DNA of 40,414 bases from Aquificaceae bacterium (GCA_041640635.1 JBEPZX010000012.1:1-40414), one strand, 5' to 3'; shown: positions 1-8,360, numbered from the stretch's first letter. Program-made: numbers and translations. Notes: a model not told the origin generated them from the letters alone.

Positions 1-47
1 TTTGGATAAATAATTTTCAAGCGATCTATCAAGTCTTTCTCATTCAT
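1..47 (-). CDS. 5' end of a gene running off the window edge (MNEKDLIDRLKIIYP...); product not determinable, loosely resembles endonuclease III N-termini
   Basis: ATG at 47 on the minus strand is open to the window edge. An extended -10 (TGcTATAAT, 65-57) lies 9 nt upstream. Only 15 codons are visible. Confidence 0.5.
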   Translation of the reverse strand, partial: MNEKDLIDRLKIIYP

Positions 48-223
48 TTTTCATAAATTATAGCAGAAAACTATATAAAATCCTCGTATTCTACCAAATA
101 CAGGTTTTATCTGAACTATGTGGGATGCGTTGGAACAAAATCAGAGCAAAACCGTAAAAAACTACTTAAAAAAATTTTTTCTGAAATAGCTTTTAACTTC
201 GCAGTGTAGTCCATTTTGGGGGA

Positions 224-266
224 TTGATTTTAACAGTAAGTTGCTTAGAATTAAAAGGGGGAGTGA
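224..266 (+). promoter_or_regulatory. Putative sigma70 promoter and RBS of the HTH-TM-repeat gene
   Basis: TTGATT (224-229), 16 nt spacer, TAGAAT (246-251); GGGGGAGTGA SD-like sequence at 257-266 before ATG 271. Confidence 0.45.
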
Positions 267-270
267 TCCC

Positions 271-981
271 ATGGACAATAAAGAATCAAAAGGAAGCGGG
301 GAAGTAAAAGAAAAGACTTTATACACCTTGCAAGAAGCATCCCAAAAGCTTGGGATAAGGGAATCTTTACTTAGAAAGTGGTGCGATAAGGGGGAAATTC
401 CGTGTATAGTGGCGGGGTATTACGTTTATGTAAGAGAGCAGGATTTGGAAAAGGTAGCTCAGAAGGCTAAAGGACTGGAAAGAAAATCCAAAAAGAGGGG
501 GCTTTTAGTGTTACTTACTACACTAATTGTGGCTGTTCTTTTGTTCTTTGAGTTCTCTCCATGGCTTTTAATTAGTTCTGTGGTAGCGCTACTAGGAACA
601 CTGCTGGCTAATGTCTATAACTCTTCATCTTCTCCATACACAACTTCTACGGATTTGGGGAACAATTGGGATGAGGATAGCACTTACATCTCCAGCAGTT
701 CGAGCGATTTTGATGATTCGGATGATTACCTTTCTCTTAGGTATTTAGACGACTCATCCTCTTCCTCTTCTGACCACTGGAGTAGCTCTTCTTCTGACGA
801 TTGGGACAGCTCTTCTTCCTCTGACGATATTTCTCGAGCCTTTTATGATCCTTCTCATCCTCTGTATTCTACGTTTAACGACTGGGACAGCAGTTCCTCC
901 GACTGGAGCAGTTCTTCCGACTGGGATAGTTCCTCCGATTGGAGCAGTTTTTCTGACTGGAGTAGTTCCTCCGACTGGTAG
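271..981 (+). CDS. Hypothetical membrane protein: N-terminal excisionase/MerR-like HTH (HTH_17-type), hydrophobic hairpin, Ser/Asp/Trp low-complexity C-terminal tail
   Basis: LYTLQEASQKLGIRESLLRKWCDKGEIP..V...YVREQDL fits the HTH_17 pattern. Basic RKSKKR is followed by about 39 hydrophobic residues, then DWSSSS repeats. ATG 271 has an SD and is preferred over TTG 241. Confidence 0.75.
   Translation: MDNKESKGSGEVKEKTLYTLQEASQKLGIRESLLRKWCDKGEIPCIVAGYYVYVREQDLEKVAQKAKGLERKSKKRGLLVLLTTLIVAVLLFFEFSPWLLISSVVALLGTLLANVYNSSSSPYTTSTDLGNNWDEDSTYISSSSSDFDDSDDYLSLRYLDDSSSSSSDHWSSSSSDDWDSSSSSDDISRAFYDPSHPLYSTFNDWDSSSSDWSSSSDWDSSSDWSSFSDWSSSSDW
880..978 (+). repeat. Coding tandem repeat, about 18-bp unit GAYTGG(AGY/GAY)AGTTYYTCY encoding DW(S/D)SSS
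   Basis: Units start at 880 (21 bp), 901, 919, 937 and 955, with a truncated GACTGG at 973 just before the TAG stop. Related diverged units occur at 772-822. Confidence 0.9.
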
Positions 982-984
982 TTA

Positions 985-993
985 TGATATAAT
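985..993 (+). promoter_or_regulatory. Extended -10 element (TGaTATAAT) 6 nt upstream of the argF ATG; likely leaderless promoter
   Basis: Perfect TGnTATAAT with no SD between it and ATG 1000. Confidence 0.6.
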
Positions 994-999
994 CTATAT

Positions 1000-1917
1000 A
1001 TGATCAGGCACTTTATAGATCTGTGGGACATCACTCCAGAAGAAGGCTGGCAAATAATAGAAAACACACAGCACGTAAAGGAAGCATCTCTAAAGGATGA
1101 CACACTAAAAGGCAAAAACATAGGACTGCTCTTTACCAAGCCATCCACACGCACGAGGGTTTCCTTTGAAGTTGCCATAAACCACCTTGGCGGGAACGCC
1201 ATCTTTATGTCACAAAACGAACTCCAACTCTCCAGGGGAGAAGACCTAAAGGACACAGCCAGAACACTCTCTAGATACTTGGACGCTCTAGTGATAAGAA
1301 CAGACTCTCACAAAACCATAGAGACAATCAGAGATTTTTCCACCATACCCGTTATAAACGCACTCAGTAACCTGTCCCATCCCTGCCAAGTGCTGAGCGA
1401 TGTTTTCACCATATACGAAGTTTACGGAGAAAGTACAAGAAACCTAAAGATAGCCTATGTGGGGGATGGTAACAACGTTTGCAACACGTGGCTTGTTGCC
1501 TCTGGGCTCTTTGGTTTGAAGCTTTTCGTAGCCACACCAGAAGGTTACGAACCGAACAGTTACTACTACCAAGCTGGTGAGGAACTTTGCAAGATAACCA
1601 ACGGTAGTATATACCTTACCCAAAACCCCATAGAAGCCGTAAACGATGCACATGTAGTTTACACCGATGTTTGGGTAAGTATGAACCAGGACAGGAGCGA
1701 GGAAAAAATAAAAGCCTTGATGCCTTTTCAGATAAACGAAAAACTACTCTCTTACGCAGACAATGACGTTAAGGTGATGCACTGTCTACCTGCCAAGAAG
1801 GGAGAGGAGATAACGGACGACGTGTTCGAAAAGTATGCGGACTTTATATTCACACAGGCAGAGAATCGTCTTCACACCCAAAAGGCACTATTAAAGTTTA
1901 TCTTCCAAGTCCCTTAG
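1000..1917 (+). CDS. argF: Ornithine carbamoyltransferase
   Basis: STRT carbamoyl-phosphate motif, HPCQ, GDGNNV, YTDVWVSM, HCLP, QAENRLH. Confidence 0.95.
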   Translation: MIRHFIDLWDITPEEGWQIIENTQHVKEASLKDDTLKGKNIGLLFTKPSTRTRVSFEVAINHLGGNAIFMSQNELQLSRGEDLKDTARTLSRYLDALVIRTDSHKTIETIRDFSTIPVINALSNLSHPCQVLSDVFTIYEVYGESTRNLKIAYVGDGNNVCNTWLVASGLFGLKLFVATPEGYEPNSYYYQAGEELCKITNGSIYLTQNPIEAVNDAHVVYTDVWVSMNQDRSEEKIKALMPFQINEKLLSYADNDVKVMHCLPAKKGEEITDDVFEKYADFIFTQAENRLHTQKALLKFIFQVP

Positions 1918-2226
1918 GTAAAACATCCAACGCGGTGGCGACAGAGAAGTAGCACATCCCAAAGAGGAAGTATCGTAAATCTTAAAAACCTTAGGTTGTT
2001 CAGGTTCATGGACAAAAATAAAGACAGTGTAAGAAGGAATGAATCTATCGTTTGCTTTCCAAGATTTTACCTCTTGGATTACACGAGTGAGCTCTTCCTT
2101 TGCCTTGTCTCTGTCGAGCTCTTTTTTTTCCTTGGTTTGGTTGTCCACAAACACCCACTGTCCATCGCTTATTGATTGCGCTAGCTCTAAGGCTCTGTCT
2201 TCCGAAGGTATACCGTAAAACCTCAT
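1891..2226 (-). CDS. Hypothetical protein (111 aa) directly downstream of nadC
   Basis: ATG lies 1 nt after the nadC stop; composition looks protein-like; 3' end overlaps argF convergently by 27 bp. Confidence 0.75.
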   Translation of the reverse strand: MRFYGIPSEDRALELAQSISDGQWVFVDNQTKEKKELDRDKAKEELTRVIQEVKSWKANDRFIPSYTVFIFVHEPEQPKVFKIYDTSSLGCATSLSPPRWMFYLRDLEDKL

Positions 2227-2227
2227 G

Positions 2228-3043
2228 CTAAACTCTCCTTATCTTCATACTCATGTCTATCCACTTGGCAGAGTGGGTTATCGCACCCACAGATATAAAA
2301 TCCACACCTTCTATAATGTAATCCTTTATGTTGCTAAGTGTGATGTTTCCAGAAACTTCCACCTTTGCCCTTCCGTCTATAATTTTAACGGCTTTTTTTA
2401 CATCCTCTACGGAGAAGTTATCCAACATAACTATGTCCACACCGCAACTTAGAGCCTCTTGGAGTTCGTCCAGGTTCTCCACCTCTACCTCTATCTTGTA
2501 GGCTGGACCGATATACTCTTTTACTCTCCTTATCGCTTCCTTTATACCTTGTGCAACCGCTTTGTGATTATCCTTTACCATAACCATGTCATACAAAGCG
2601 AAGCGGTGGTTTTTTCCACCCCCAATCCTTACGGCATACTTTTCGAAGTATCTAAAGCCTGGCGTGGTTTTCCTTGTGTCCAAAATTTGTGTATTGCTAC
2701 CTTCCAAAGCCTTTACGTATTGCCTCGTAAGAGTTGCAATACCACTCAATCTCTGGAGCACATTGAGCGCAACCCTTTCACCCTTTAGCAAAACATCTGC
2801 TGGTCCTTCCAGTTCCAAAAGGATGTCACCTTTCTTAAAAGGTGAACCTTCTGACCAAGCTTTATGAACAACTACTTCACCAAGGAGCTTAAAAACACTC
2901 AAAGCAAAAGGCAGTCCCGCAAAGATGCCATCCTCTTTGGCTTTTATGGTTCCTATGGCTCTTTCACCCCTGAATATGGCTTCCGTAGTGAGGTCAAAGT
3001 GTCCTATGTCCTCTTGTAGAAAGCTTTTTAAGTATTCTTGCAT
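2228..3043 (-). CDS. nadC: Nicotinate-nucleotide pyrophosphorylase (quinolinate phosphoribosyltransferase)
   Basis: ERVALN, DTRKTTPG, NHRF, KDNH, EVEV, MLDNF, SVGAITHSA motifs. Confidence 0.96.
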   Translation of the reverse strand: MQEYLKSFLQEDIGHFDLTTEAIFRGERAIGTIKAKEDGIFAGLPFALSVFKLLGEVVVHKAWSEGSPFKKGDILLELEGPADVLLKGERVALNVLQRLSGIATLTRQYVKALEGSNTQILDTRKTTPGFRYFEKYAVRIGGGKNHRFALYDMVMVKDNHKAVAQGIKEAIRRVKEYIGPAYKIEVEVENLDELQEALSCGVDIVMLDNFSVEDVKKAVKIIDGRAKVEVSGNITLSNIKDYIIEGVDFISVGAITHSAKWIDMSMKIRRV

Positions 3044-3080
3044 GGTATAATATTTTAGAGTATATCACAACGGGGGAATT

Positions 3081-4532
3081 ATGCACATACTCATGGTTGC
3101 TTCCGAAAGTTCAGCCTATATAAAAACTGGGGGGTTAGGAGATGTTATTCACTCACTAAGTAAAGCCCTTGTTTATTTGGGACACAGAGTATCCGTGATC
3201 ATGCCCAAGTATGCAAAAATAAGAGGGAACTTTGAGAAGCTAAAAGAAGATAAAGTTTATATAGATTACCAAGAAAGAACCTTTGGAATCTTAAGAGACC
3301 ACAAAGAGGGTATTGATTACTACTTTATAGATTACCCACCATATTATGACAGACCTTATCCATACTCTCCACCAAAAGGCGACTATCCAGATAACCATAT
3401 AAGGTTTGGTTTTTTGAGTCTTTGCGCTCTAAGAATTGTAGAGAGTCTAAACTTAAAGGTGGACATTATACACATACACGATTGGCAGACCTCTTTGTTG
3501 CCTCTGTATAAGAATATATATTTTCCAAGTTTATCCAATGTTCCTACCGTTCTTACCATTCACAACGGCATGTATCAGGGGATATTTGATGCTCACACCT
3601 TGCCTCAGCTTGGCATACCTTGGGAGATGTTTCACCCCTTTGGAGGAGTGGAGTTTTACGGCAAGTTAAACTTTTTGAAAGCAGGTATAACCTTCTGTGA
3701 TCTTTTGACCACTGTTAGTCCATCTTACGCTCAAGAGTTAAAGGAATACGCACACGGTTTAGAAGGTGTGATAAGGGAGAAAAAGTACTTCTTTGGTATT
3801 CTAAACGGTATAGATTACGATGTTTGGAACCCAGAAAAGGATCCGTATATAAAGGAAAACTACAGCTACAAAGACTTCCACAGAAAAAAGCCAAAAAACA
3901 AAAGGGAACTGAAGGAAATCTTTGGACTTAGCACCTTTGACCAAAAGCCTTTGGTGGGTATAGTGGCAAGGCTCACGCACCAAAAAGGTTTTGATCTCTT
4001 AGAAGGTATAATAAGCGAAACGGTCAGAGAAGGTTTCGATTTTGTTATGCTTGGATCGGGAGAGGACAGGTATCAAGAGATGCTTATAAACTTTATGAAA
4101 ACCTATCCCGAAGGTGTGAGGGTCAGGATAGACTACAACGAAGAACTTGCTCACAAAGTGTATGCAGGTAGTGACATATTCCTAATGCCCTCACTCTTTG
4201 AACCTTGTGGTATATCTCAGATGATAGCCATGCGCTACGGAACTGTTCCAGTGGTTAGAGCCGTTGGAGGACTCAAGGACACGGTAATAGACTACATAAA
4301 GGACCCGGACGAAGGTACAGGTTTTGTCTTTGAGGAGTTTACTTCAAAGGACTTGCTTCACGCGCTACTTAGAGCGCGCGTGTTTTACGGTATGTATATA
4401 TGCTTTAACGATCTGCGCTGGGCTGAAATAGTCAGGCGTGGAATGAGAAAGGATTTCTCTTGGGAGAAAAGCGCCAGAGAATACGAAAGAGTTTACCACA
4501 CCGCCAAGGTGATAAGGTCATATGATAGTTAG
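3081..4532 (+). CDS. glgA: Glycogen synthase
   Basis: KTGGLGDV, HIHDWQT, TIHN, GILNGID, RLTHQKG, PSLFEPCGISQMIAMRYGTVPVVR. Confidence 0.96.
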   Translation: MHILMVASESSAYIKTGGLGDVIHSLSKALVYLGHRVSVIMPKYAKIRGNFEKLKEDKVYIDYQERTFGILRDHKEGIDYYFIDYPPYYDRPYPYSPPKGDYPDNHIRFGFLSLCALRIVESLNLKVDIIHIHDWQTSLLPLYKNIYFPSLSNVPTVLTIHNGMYQGIFDAHTLPQLGIPWEMFHPFGGVEFYGKLNFLKAGITFCDLLTTVSPSYAQELKEYAHGLEGVIREKKYFFGILNGIDYDVWNPEKDPYIKENYSYKDFHRKKPKNKRELKEIFGLSTFDQKPLVGIVARLTHQKGFDLLEGIISETVREGFDFVMLGSGEDRYQEMLINFMKTYPEGVRVRIDYNEELAHKVYAGSDIFLMPSLFEPCGISQMIAMRYGTVPVVRAVGGLKDTVIDYIKDPDEGTGFVFEEFTSKDLLHALLRARVFYGMYICFNDLRWAEIVRRGMRKDFSWEKSAREYERVYHTAKVIRSYDS

Positions 4533-4995
4533 CAAAGAGGATTTGCTTAACATTCTCCAAGTCCAAAGGCAAGGAAAGAAAGTGGTGTTTACCAACGGAT
4601 GCTTTGACATACTTCACGCTGGGCATGCTCACTACCTACAAAAAGCCAAATCCTTTGGGGACATACTTGTGGTAGGTTTAAACTCCGATCAATCCATAAG
4701 AAAAATAAAGGGTCCTAAAAGACCTATAATACCACAGGAAATGAGAGCTTACCTTTTGGACCAGTTAAAGCCAGTGGACTACGTGGTTTTATTCGATGAA
4801 GAGACGCCAGAAAATCTAATAAAAGCCATAAGACCCGATGTGCTCGTAAAAGGTGCTGACTGGGAAGTAAAGGATATAGTGGGATCTGAGTTTGTTTTAT
4901 CCTATGGTGGACAAGTGGAGCGTGTAAGATTTGAGTTCCATATTTCCACTTCCCGTATAATACAGAAGATTCTGGAGCTTTACGTCGACAGTTAA
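4522..4995 (+). CDS. rfaE2: D-glycero-beta-D-manno-heptose 1-phosphate adenylyltransferase (stand-alone RfaE domain II)
   Basis: FTNGCFDILHAGH, GLNSD.S..KIKGPKRP, PDVLVKGADW, STS; overlaps the glgA end. Confidence 0.88.
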   Translation: MIVSKEDLLNILQVQRQGKKVVFTNGCFDILHAGHAHYLQKAKSFGDILVVGLNSDQSIRKIKGPKRPIIPQEMRAYLLDQLKPVDYVVLFDEETPENLIKAIRPDVLVKGADWEVKDIVGSEFVLSYGGQVERVRFEFHISTSRIIQKILELYVDS

Positions 4996-5218
4996 AAGAA
5001 ATATTACACGCAAAGGACATACACAGTATCAAATGAGGAGTTAAAGGCATTTGGTTTTTAAGATAAGTTTGTATGTTTTTTCTCAATTCAATGCGGCAAT
5101 ACACTCTCTCAACAAAATAATTTAGATTAATTTAAAACCTGTTTACAAAAGGCTTGCTTTGGATTTTCTGATCTTTGGTTTTAAGGTATACCATACATAA
5201 TACAGCACTAATGCATCC

Positions 5219-6550
5219 TCAATCTTTATTTCCTATTCCGTATTGCTTCATTTTTCTATAAAGATTAGAAAGGTCCAAACCTATAGCCTCAGATACCTTT
5301 TTTAGGTCGTAATTATACTCTTTTAGTTTTTCTAAAATAAATCTTTTTTCGAACTCTTGTTTGGCTTTTTTGATATTCAACTCTTGGAAGTGTTCTAATG
5401 GCAGCTGTTTCCACTGAGGTAACAAAGCCTTTATATCTTGGCTTCCGATGTACTCCTTATCGTAAAGGATAACCAATCTCTGAATAAAGTTTTTAAGCTC
5501 TCTTACATTACCATGCCAAGGGTAATCTATAAGTATTTGGATAGCATCATCGCTGTAGAGCATAGGTGTTTTTTGGTATTCGGAACAAAATGCATTTGTG
5601 TAATACTCTACTAAAGGTAATATATCCTCTTTTCTTTCTCTCAAAGGTGGTATGTGTATATGCAAAGTGGATATTCTATACAAAAAGTCACTTCTCAATC
5701 TGTTTTCTTTTTTGATTTCTTCTAGCTTCTTTACAGAAGCACTGATAAGCCTAAAATCTGACTCTACAGTAGCATTTGATCCTAGTTTGGTAAAACTCTT
5801 AGTTTCTATGACTCTCAACAAGCTTGTTTGTAATTTTAGATTAGCTTCGTCTACGGCATCCAGAAATAGAGATCCACCATCCGCCATCTCTATTTTCCCC
5901 TTTTTCGTATAGTGTAGTGTAATATCATTACCGTAACCGTAAAGTTCTGTTTCTATTAAATCTTCCCGTATGGATGCACAATTTATGTCTACAAATGGTC
6001 CATTTTTTCTCGGTGATAGCTGGTGTATTGTATAAGCTACAAGATCTTTCCCTGTTCCACTTTCTCCTGTTATTAGGATACTCGCATCAGTTTTAGCAAA
6101 TTTTTTGATGAGTTCCTTAATATCCTTTATAGCCTCGCTTTCACCTACAATTTGATCAATTATTTTCTTTTTTGTTTCCTTTTGTTGCGGGGTCTCTTGA
6201 ACAGCCTGGGCTACACACGAAAGAAGTTTTTTGATGGAAAAAGGTTTCTCTATAAAATCAAAAGCTCCCATTTTTATAGCCTTAACAGCATCTTCAATTT
6301 TTCCGTGTCCAGTTATTATTATCACGTTGATATCAGGAAAGCTGTTCTTGATTTCTTTAAGGAAAGCTAGTCCGTTACCATCCGGTAGCCATATATCCAG
6401 CAAGACTATATGAAATGCTTCTGACTCTAACTTTTGTTTGGCAGCATAAATGTTTTCTGCCGTTTTTACTTTGTAGCCTTCCTCTACTAAAATGGTTCTT
6501 ATGGTATCCCTTATAGCTTTTTCATCATCTACAATCAGAATAGATACCAT
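5219..6550 (-). CDS. NtrC/NtrX-family response regulator (REC-AAA+-Fis HTH) with degenerate AAA+ domain
   Basis: REC (IVDDE, LDIWLPD, EKPF), Walker A GESGTGKD, WHGNVRELKN and C-terminal HTH are present. GAFTGA is absent and Walker B reads FLDA. Confidence 0.9.
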   Translation of the reverse strand: MVSILIVDDEKAIRDTIRTILVEEGYKVKTAENIYAAKQKLESEAFHIVLLDIWLPDGNGLAFLKEIKNSFPDINVIIITGHGKIEDAVKAIKMGAFDFIEKPFSIKKLLSCVAQAVQETPQQKETKKKIIDQIVGESEAIKDIKELIKKFAKTDASILITGESGTGKDLVAYTIHQLSPRKNGPFVDINCASIREDLIETELYGYGNDITLHYTKKGKIEMADGGSLFLDAVDEANLKLQTSLLRVIETKSFTKLGSNATVESDFRLISASVKKLEEIKKENRLRSDFLYRISTLHIHIPPLRERKEDILPLVEYYTNAFCSEYQKTPMLYSDDAIQILIDYPWHGNVRELKNFIQRLVILYDKEYIGSQDIKALLPQWKQLPLEHFQELNIKKAKQEFEKRFILEKLKEYNYDLKKVSEAIGLDLSNLYRKMKQYGIGNKD

Positions 6551-6590
6551 AAAATAAAGTTTAAATCCAAATACAATTTCCTTAAATAGC

Positions 6591-7022
6591 TTATTCTATT
6601 AAACCCTGAAATCTTAGGTTAATAATTTTGGCTAGCACACCGTGCACAAACCTTGCTGATTTTTTACCTGCATACTTAACTGTGATTTTTATATAATCAG
6701 ATAAAACCTCTTTTGGTCTTTTTATGTTAAAAAACATGAACTCTGTTGCAGCTACACGTAGTATGTTTCTTTCTACATAACCCAACCTGTCTAGGCTCCA
6801 ATTCTCCAAATTTTCTGATATGGCTTTGTCTACTTCTTTGGCATTTTGGAAATAAGTCCTTACGAGCTTTCTTATATATCTCCTATGCTCTGAGTAGGTT
6901 ATGTTGCTGTGTTGAATGTAGTCTTCCATAAGGTCTTCTATATTCTCACCTTTCATTTCCCACTGATAGAGCACCAAAAAGGCGTCTATCCTTGCTTTAG
7001 GCTTATATATTATACTACCCAT
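6591..7022 (-). CDS. nusB: Transcription antitermination factor NusB
   Basis: AR..A..VLYQW, WSLDRLGYVERNILR, FVHGVL; follows ribH as in the usual ribH-nusB pair. Confidence 0.9.
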   Translation of the reverse strand: MGSIIYKPKARIDAFLVLYQWEMKGENIEDLMEDYIQHSNITYSEHRRYIRKLVRTYFQNAKEVDKAISENLENWSLDRLGYVERNILRVAATEFMFFNIKRPKEVLSDYIKITVKYAGKKSARFVHGVLAKIINLRFQGLIE

Positions 7023-7483
7023 CAGAGGGTTTTTAGAAGATTAACCATTTCTATGGCTGAAAGTGCAGCTTCCCATCCTTTGTTACCTTGTTTTGTTCCT
7101 GCACGATCTATAGCTTGCTCTAGTGTATCTGCCGTTATCACTCCGAAAGTTACAGGTTTGGTGGTTTCCAGGCTTATTTGAGCAAGACCTTTTGCAACTT
7201 CACTAGCAATGTAATCAAAGTGCGGTGTCTGTCCACGAATCAAAACTCCAAGAGCAATGATAGCATCCACAAATTCTCTTTGAGCTAACTTCTTTGCAGC
7301 CAACGGTATCTCCCAAGAACCTGGAACTCTAACTACGTATATGTTTTCTTCAGTTCCGCCGTGTCTTAGTATACAGTCTATAGCGCCTTCAACAAGTCTA
7401 TCAACTAGCAAATGGTTAAATCTACTGGCGATTATAGAAAATCTTAAATCTTGCGCTAAAAGTTTACCTTCATACGTTTTCAT
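7022..7483 (-). CDS. ribH: 6,7-dimethyl-8-ribityllumazine synthase
   Basis: [37 protein letters not shown]. Confidence 0.97.
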   Translation of the reverse strand: MKTYEGKLLAQDLRFSIIASRFNHLLVDRLVEGAIDCILRHGGTEENIYVVRVPGSWEIPLAAKKLAQREFVDAIIALGVLIRGQTPHFDYIASEVAKGLAQISLETTKPVTFGVITADTLEQAIDRAGTKQGNKGWEAALSAIEMVNLLKTL

Positions 7484-8336
7484 TTTTAAACCTCCAATTG
7501 TCTATTAAGCGAGTATTACCTACCCAAAGAGCTACCAAAAGCCTATCATTTTCTTTAATATTCTTTACTTCCCTTAATTCTTCATCTCTTATATCTATAT
7601 AATCGATCTTTGTAACTAAAGGATGTTTTTCGATAAAATTCCTTACTGCTTCCTTTATAAGATCTGGATCCGTATTTCCCTTTGAAAACAATTTTTGAGC
7701 CATCAAAAAAGACTTATATATACATAGCGCACTTTCCCTTTCCTGAGCAGAAAGGTAAGAATTGCGAGAACTATATGCTAAGCCATCCTCCTCTCTTACA
7801 GTTTCTACAGGGATTATTTCTATAGGAAAAGCAAGGTCTCTAACTAACCTTTGTATCAATTTTAGTTGTTGGTAGTCTTTCTCGCCAAAGTACGCCCTGT
7901 CTGGCTGAACTAAATTGAAAAGTTTTATAACCACTACTGCTACACCTCTAAAATGTCCAGGTCTAAACTGCTCCTCCAAAATATCCGTCAAACCAGGTAC
8001 ATCTATCAAAGTTTTTGGCTTTTCGGGATATATTTCCTCATCGTCAGGTGCAAATACAATATCTACTCCTTCTTCTTCACAAACTTCTAAATCCCTTGCT
8101 AAATTTCTTGGATATCTTTCATAATCTTCACCTTCTCCAAACTGTAAAGGATTCACGTATATGCTAACTACAGTTATATCATTTTGGATTTTCGATAATT
8201 TTATTAATTTTCTATGTCCCTCATGTAGATATCCCATAGTTGGGACAAAACCTATGTTTTTTTTGTTCCCAAGTTCACATCTAATAGAGTGCAGAATAGT
8301 TTTAAGTTCCCTTACGCTTTTTATCAAACGAGGCAT
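7470..8336 (-). CDS. panC: Pantoate-beta-alanine ligase
   Basis: [43 protein letters not shown]. Confidence 0.97.
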   Translation of the reverse strand: MPRLIKSVRELKTILHSIRCELGNKKNIGFVPTMGYLHEGHRKLIKLSKIQNDITVVSIYVNPLQFGEGEDYERYPRNLARDLEVCEEEGVDIVFAPDDEEIYPEKPKTLIDVPGLTDILEEQFRPGHFRGVAVVVIKLFNLVQPDRAYFGEKDYQQLKLIQRLVRDLAFPIEIIPVETVREEDGLAYSSRNSYLSAQERESALCIYKSFLMAQKLFSKGNTDPDLIKEAVRNFIEKHPLVTKIDYIDIRDEELREVKNIKENDRLLVALWVGNTRLIDNWRFKNENV

Positions 8337-8360
8337 AGTTTATTGATTATACTATATTTA
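8337..8360. promoter_or_regulatory. 24-bp divergent intergenic region with overlapping -10 boxes for panC and purN
   Basis: TATACT on + (8348-8353) lies 7 nt before the purN ATG; TATAAT on - (8351-8346) lies 9 nt before the panC ATG; no SD on either side. Confidence 0.55.

Noticed and set aside
241..270. TTG start at 241 given by the ORF track
   Set aside because: It overlaps the predicted -10 box; ATG 271 has a well-placed SD.
48..270. Possible sigma54 promoter, riboswitch or ncRNA in the left intergenic region; A7T6 tract at 168-180
   Set aside because: TTGC at 241-244 lacks the GG at -24, and I see no recognisable RNA structure. The region is explained by two divergent sigma70-like promoters.
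271..460. Excisionase-like HTH as evidence of a prophage or integrative element
   Set aside because: No integrase, att-like repeats, tRNA or phage genes are visible, and the domain is fused to TM segments. Sequence left of the window is unseen.
880..978. Repeat array as a possible CRISPR or mini-CRISPR
   Set aside because: Units are contiguous 18-21-mers with no spacers, in frame within a CDS, and there are no cas genes.
855..1256. Minus-strand ORF with striking QSEELL repeats
   Set aside because: It is the antisense reading of the DWSSSS repeat and of argF. Variation among units is mostly synonymous in the plus frame, and the ORF overlaps two better-supported genes.
4724..5104. 126-aa minus-strand ORF spanning rfaE2 and the spacer
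   Set aside because: Mostly antisense to rfaE2, with no SD and no recognisable motif.
8289..8360. N-terminal extension of purN in the ORF track
   Set aside because: It overlaps the panC start on the opposite strand; PurN similarity begins at ATG 8361.
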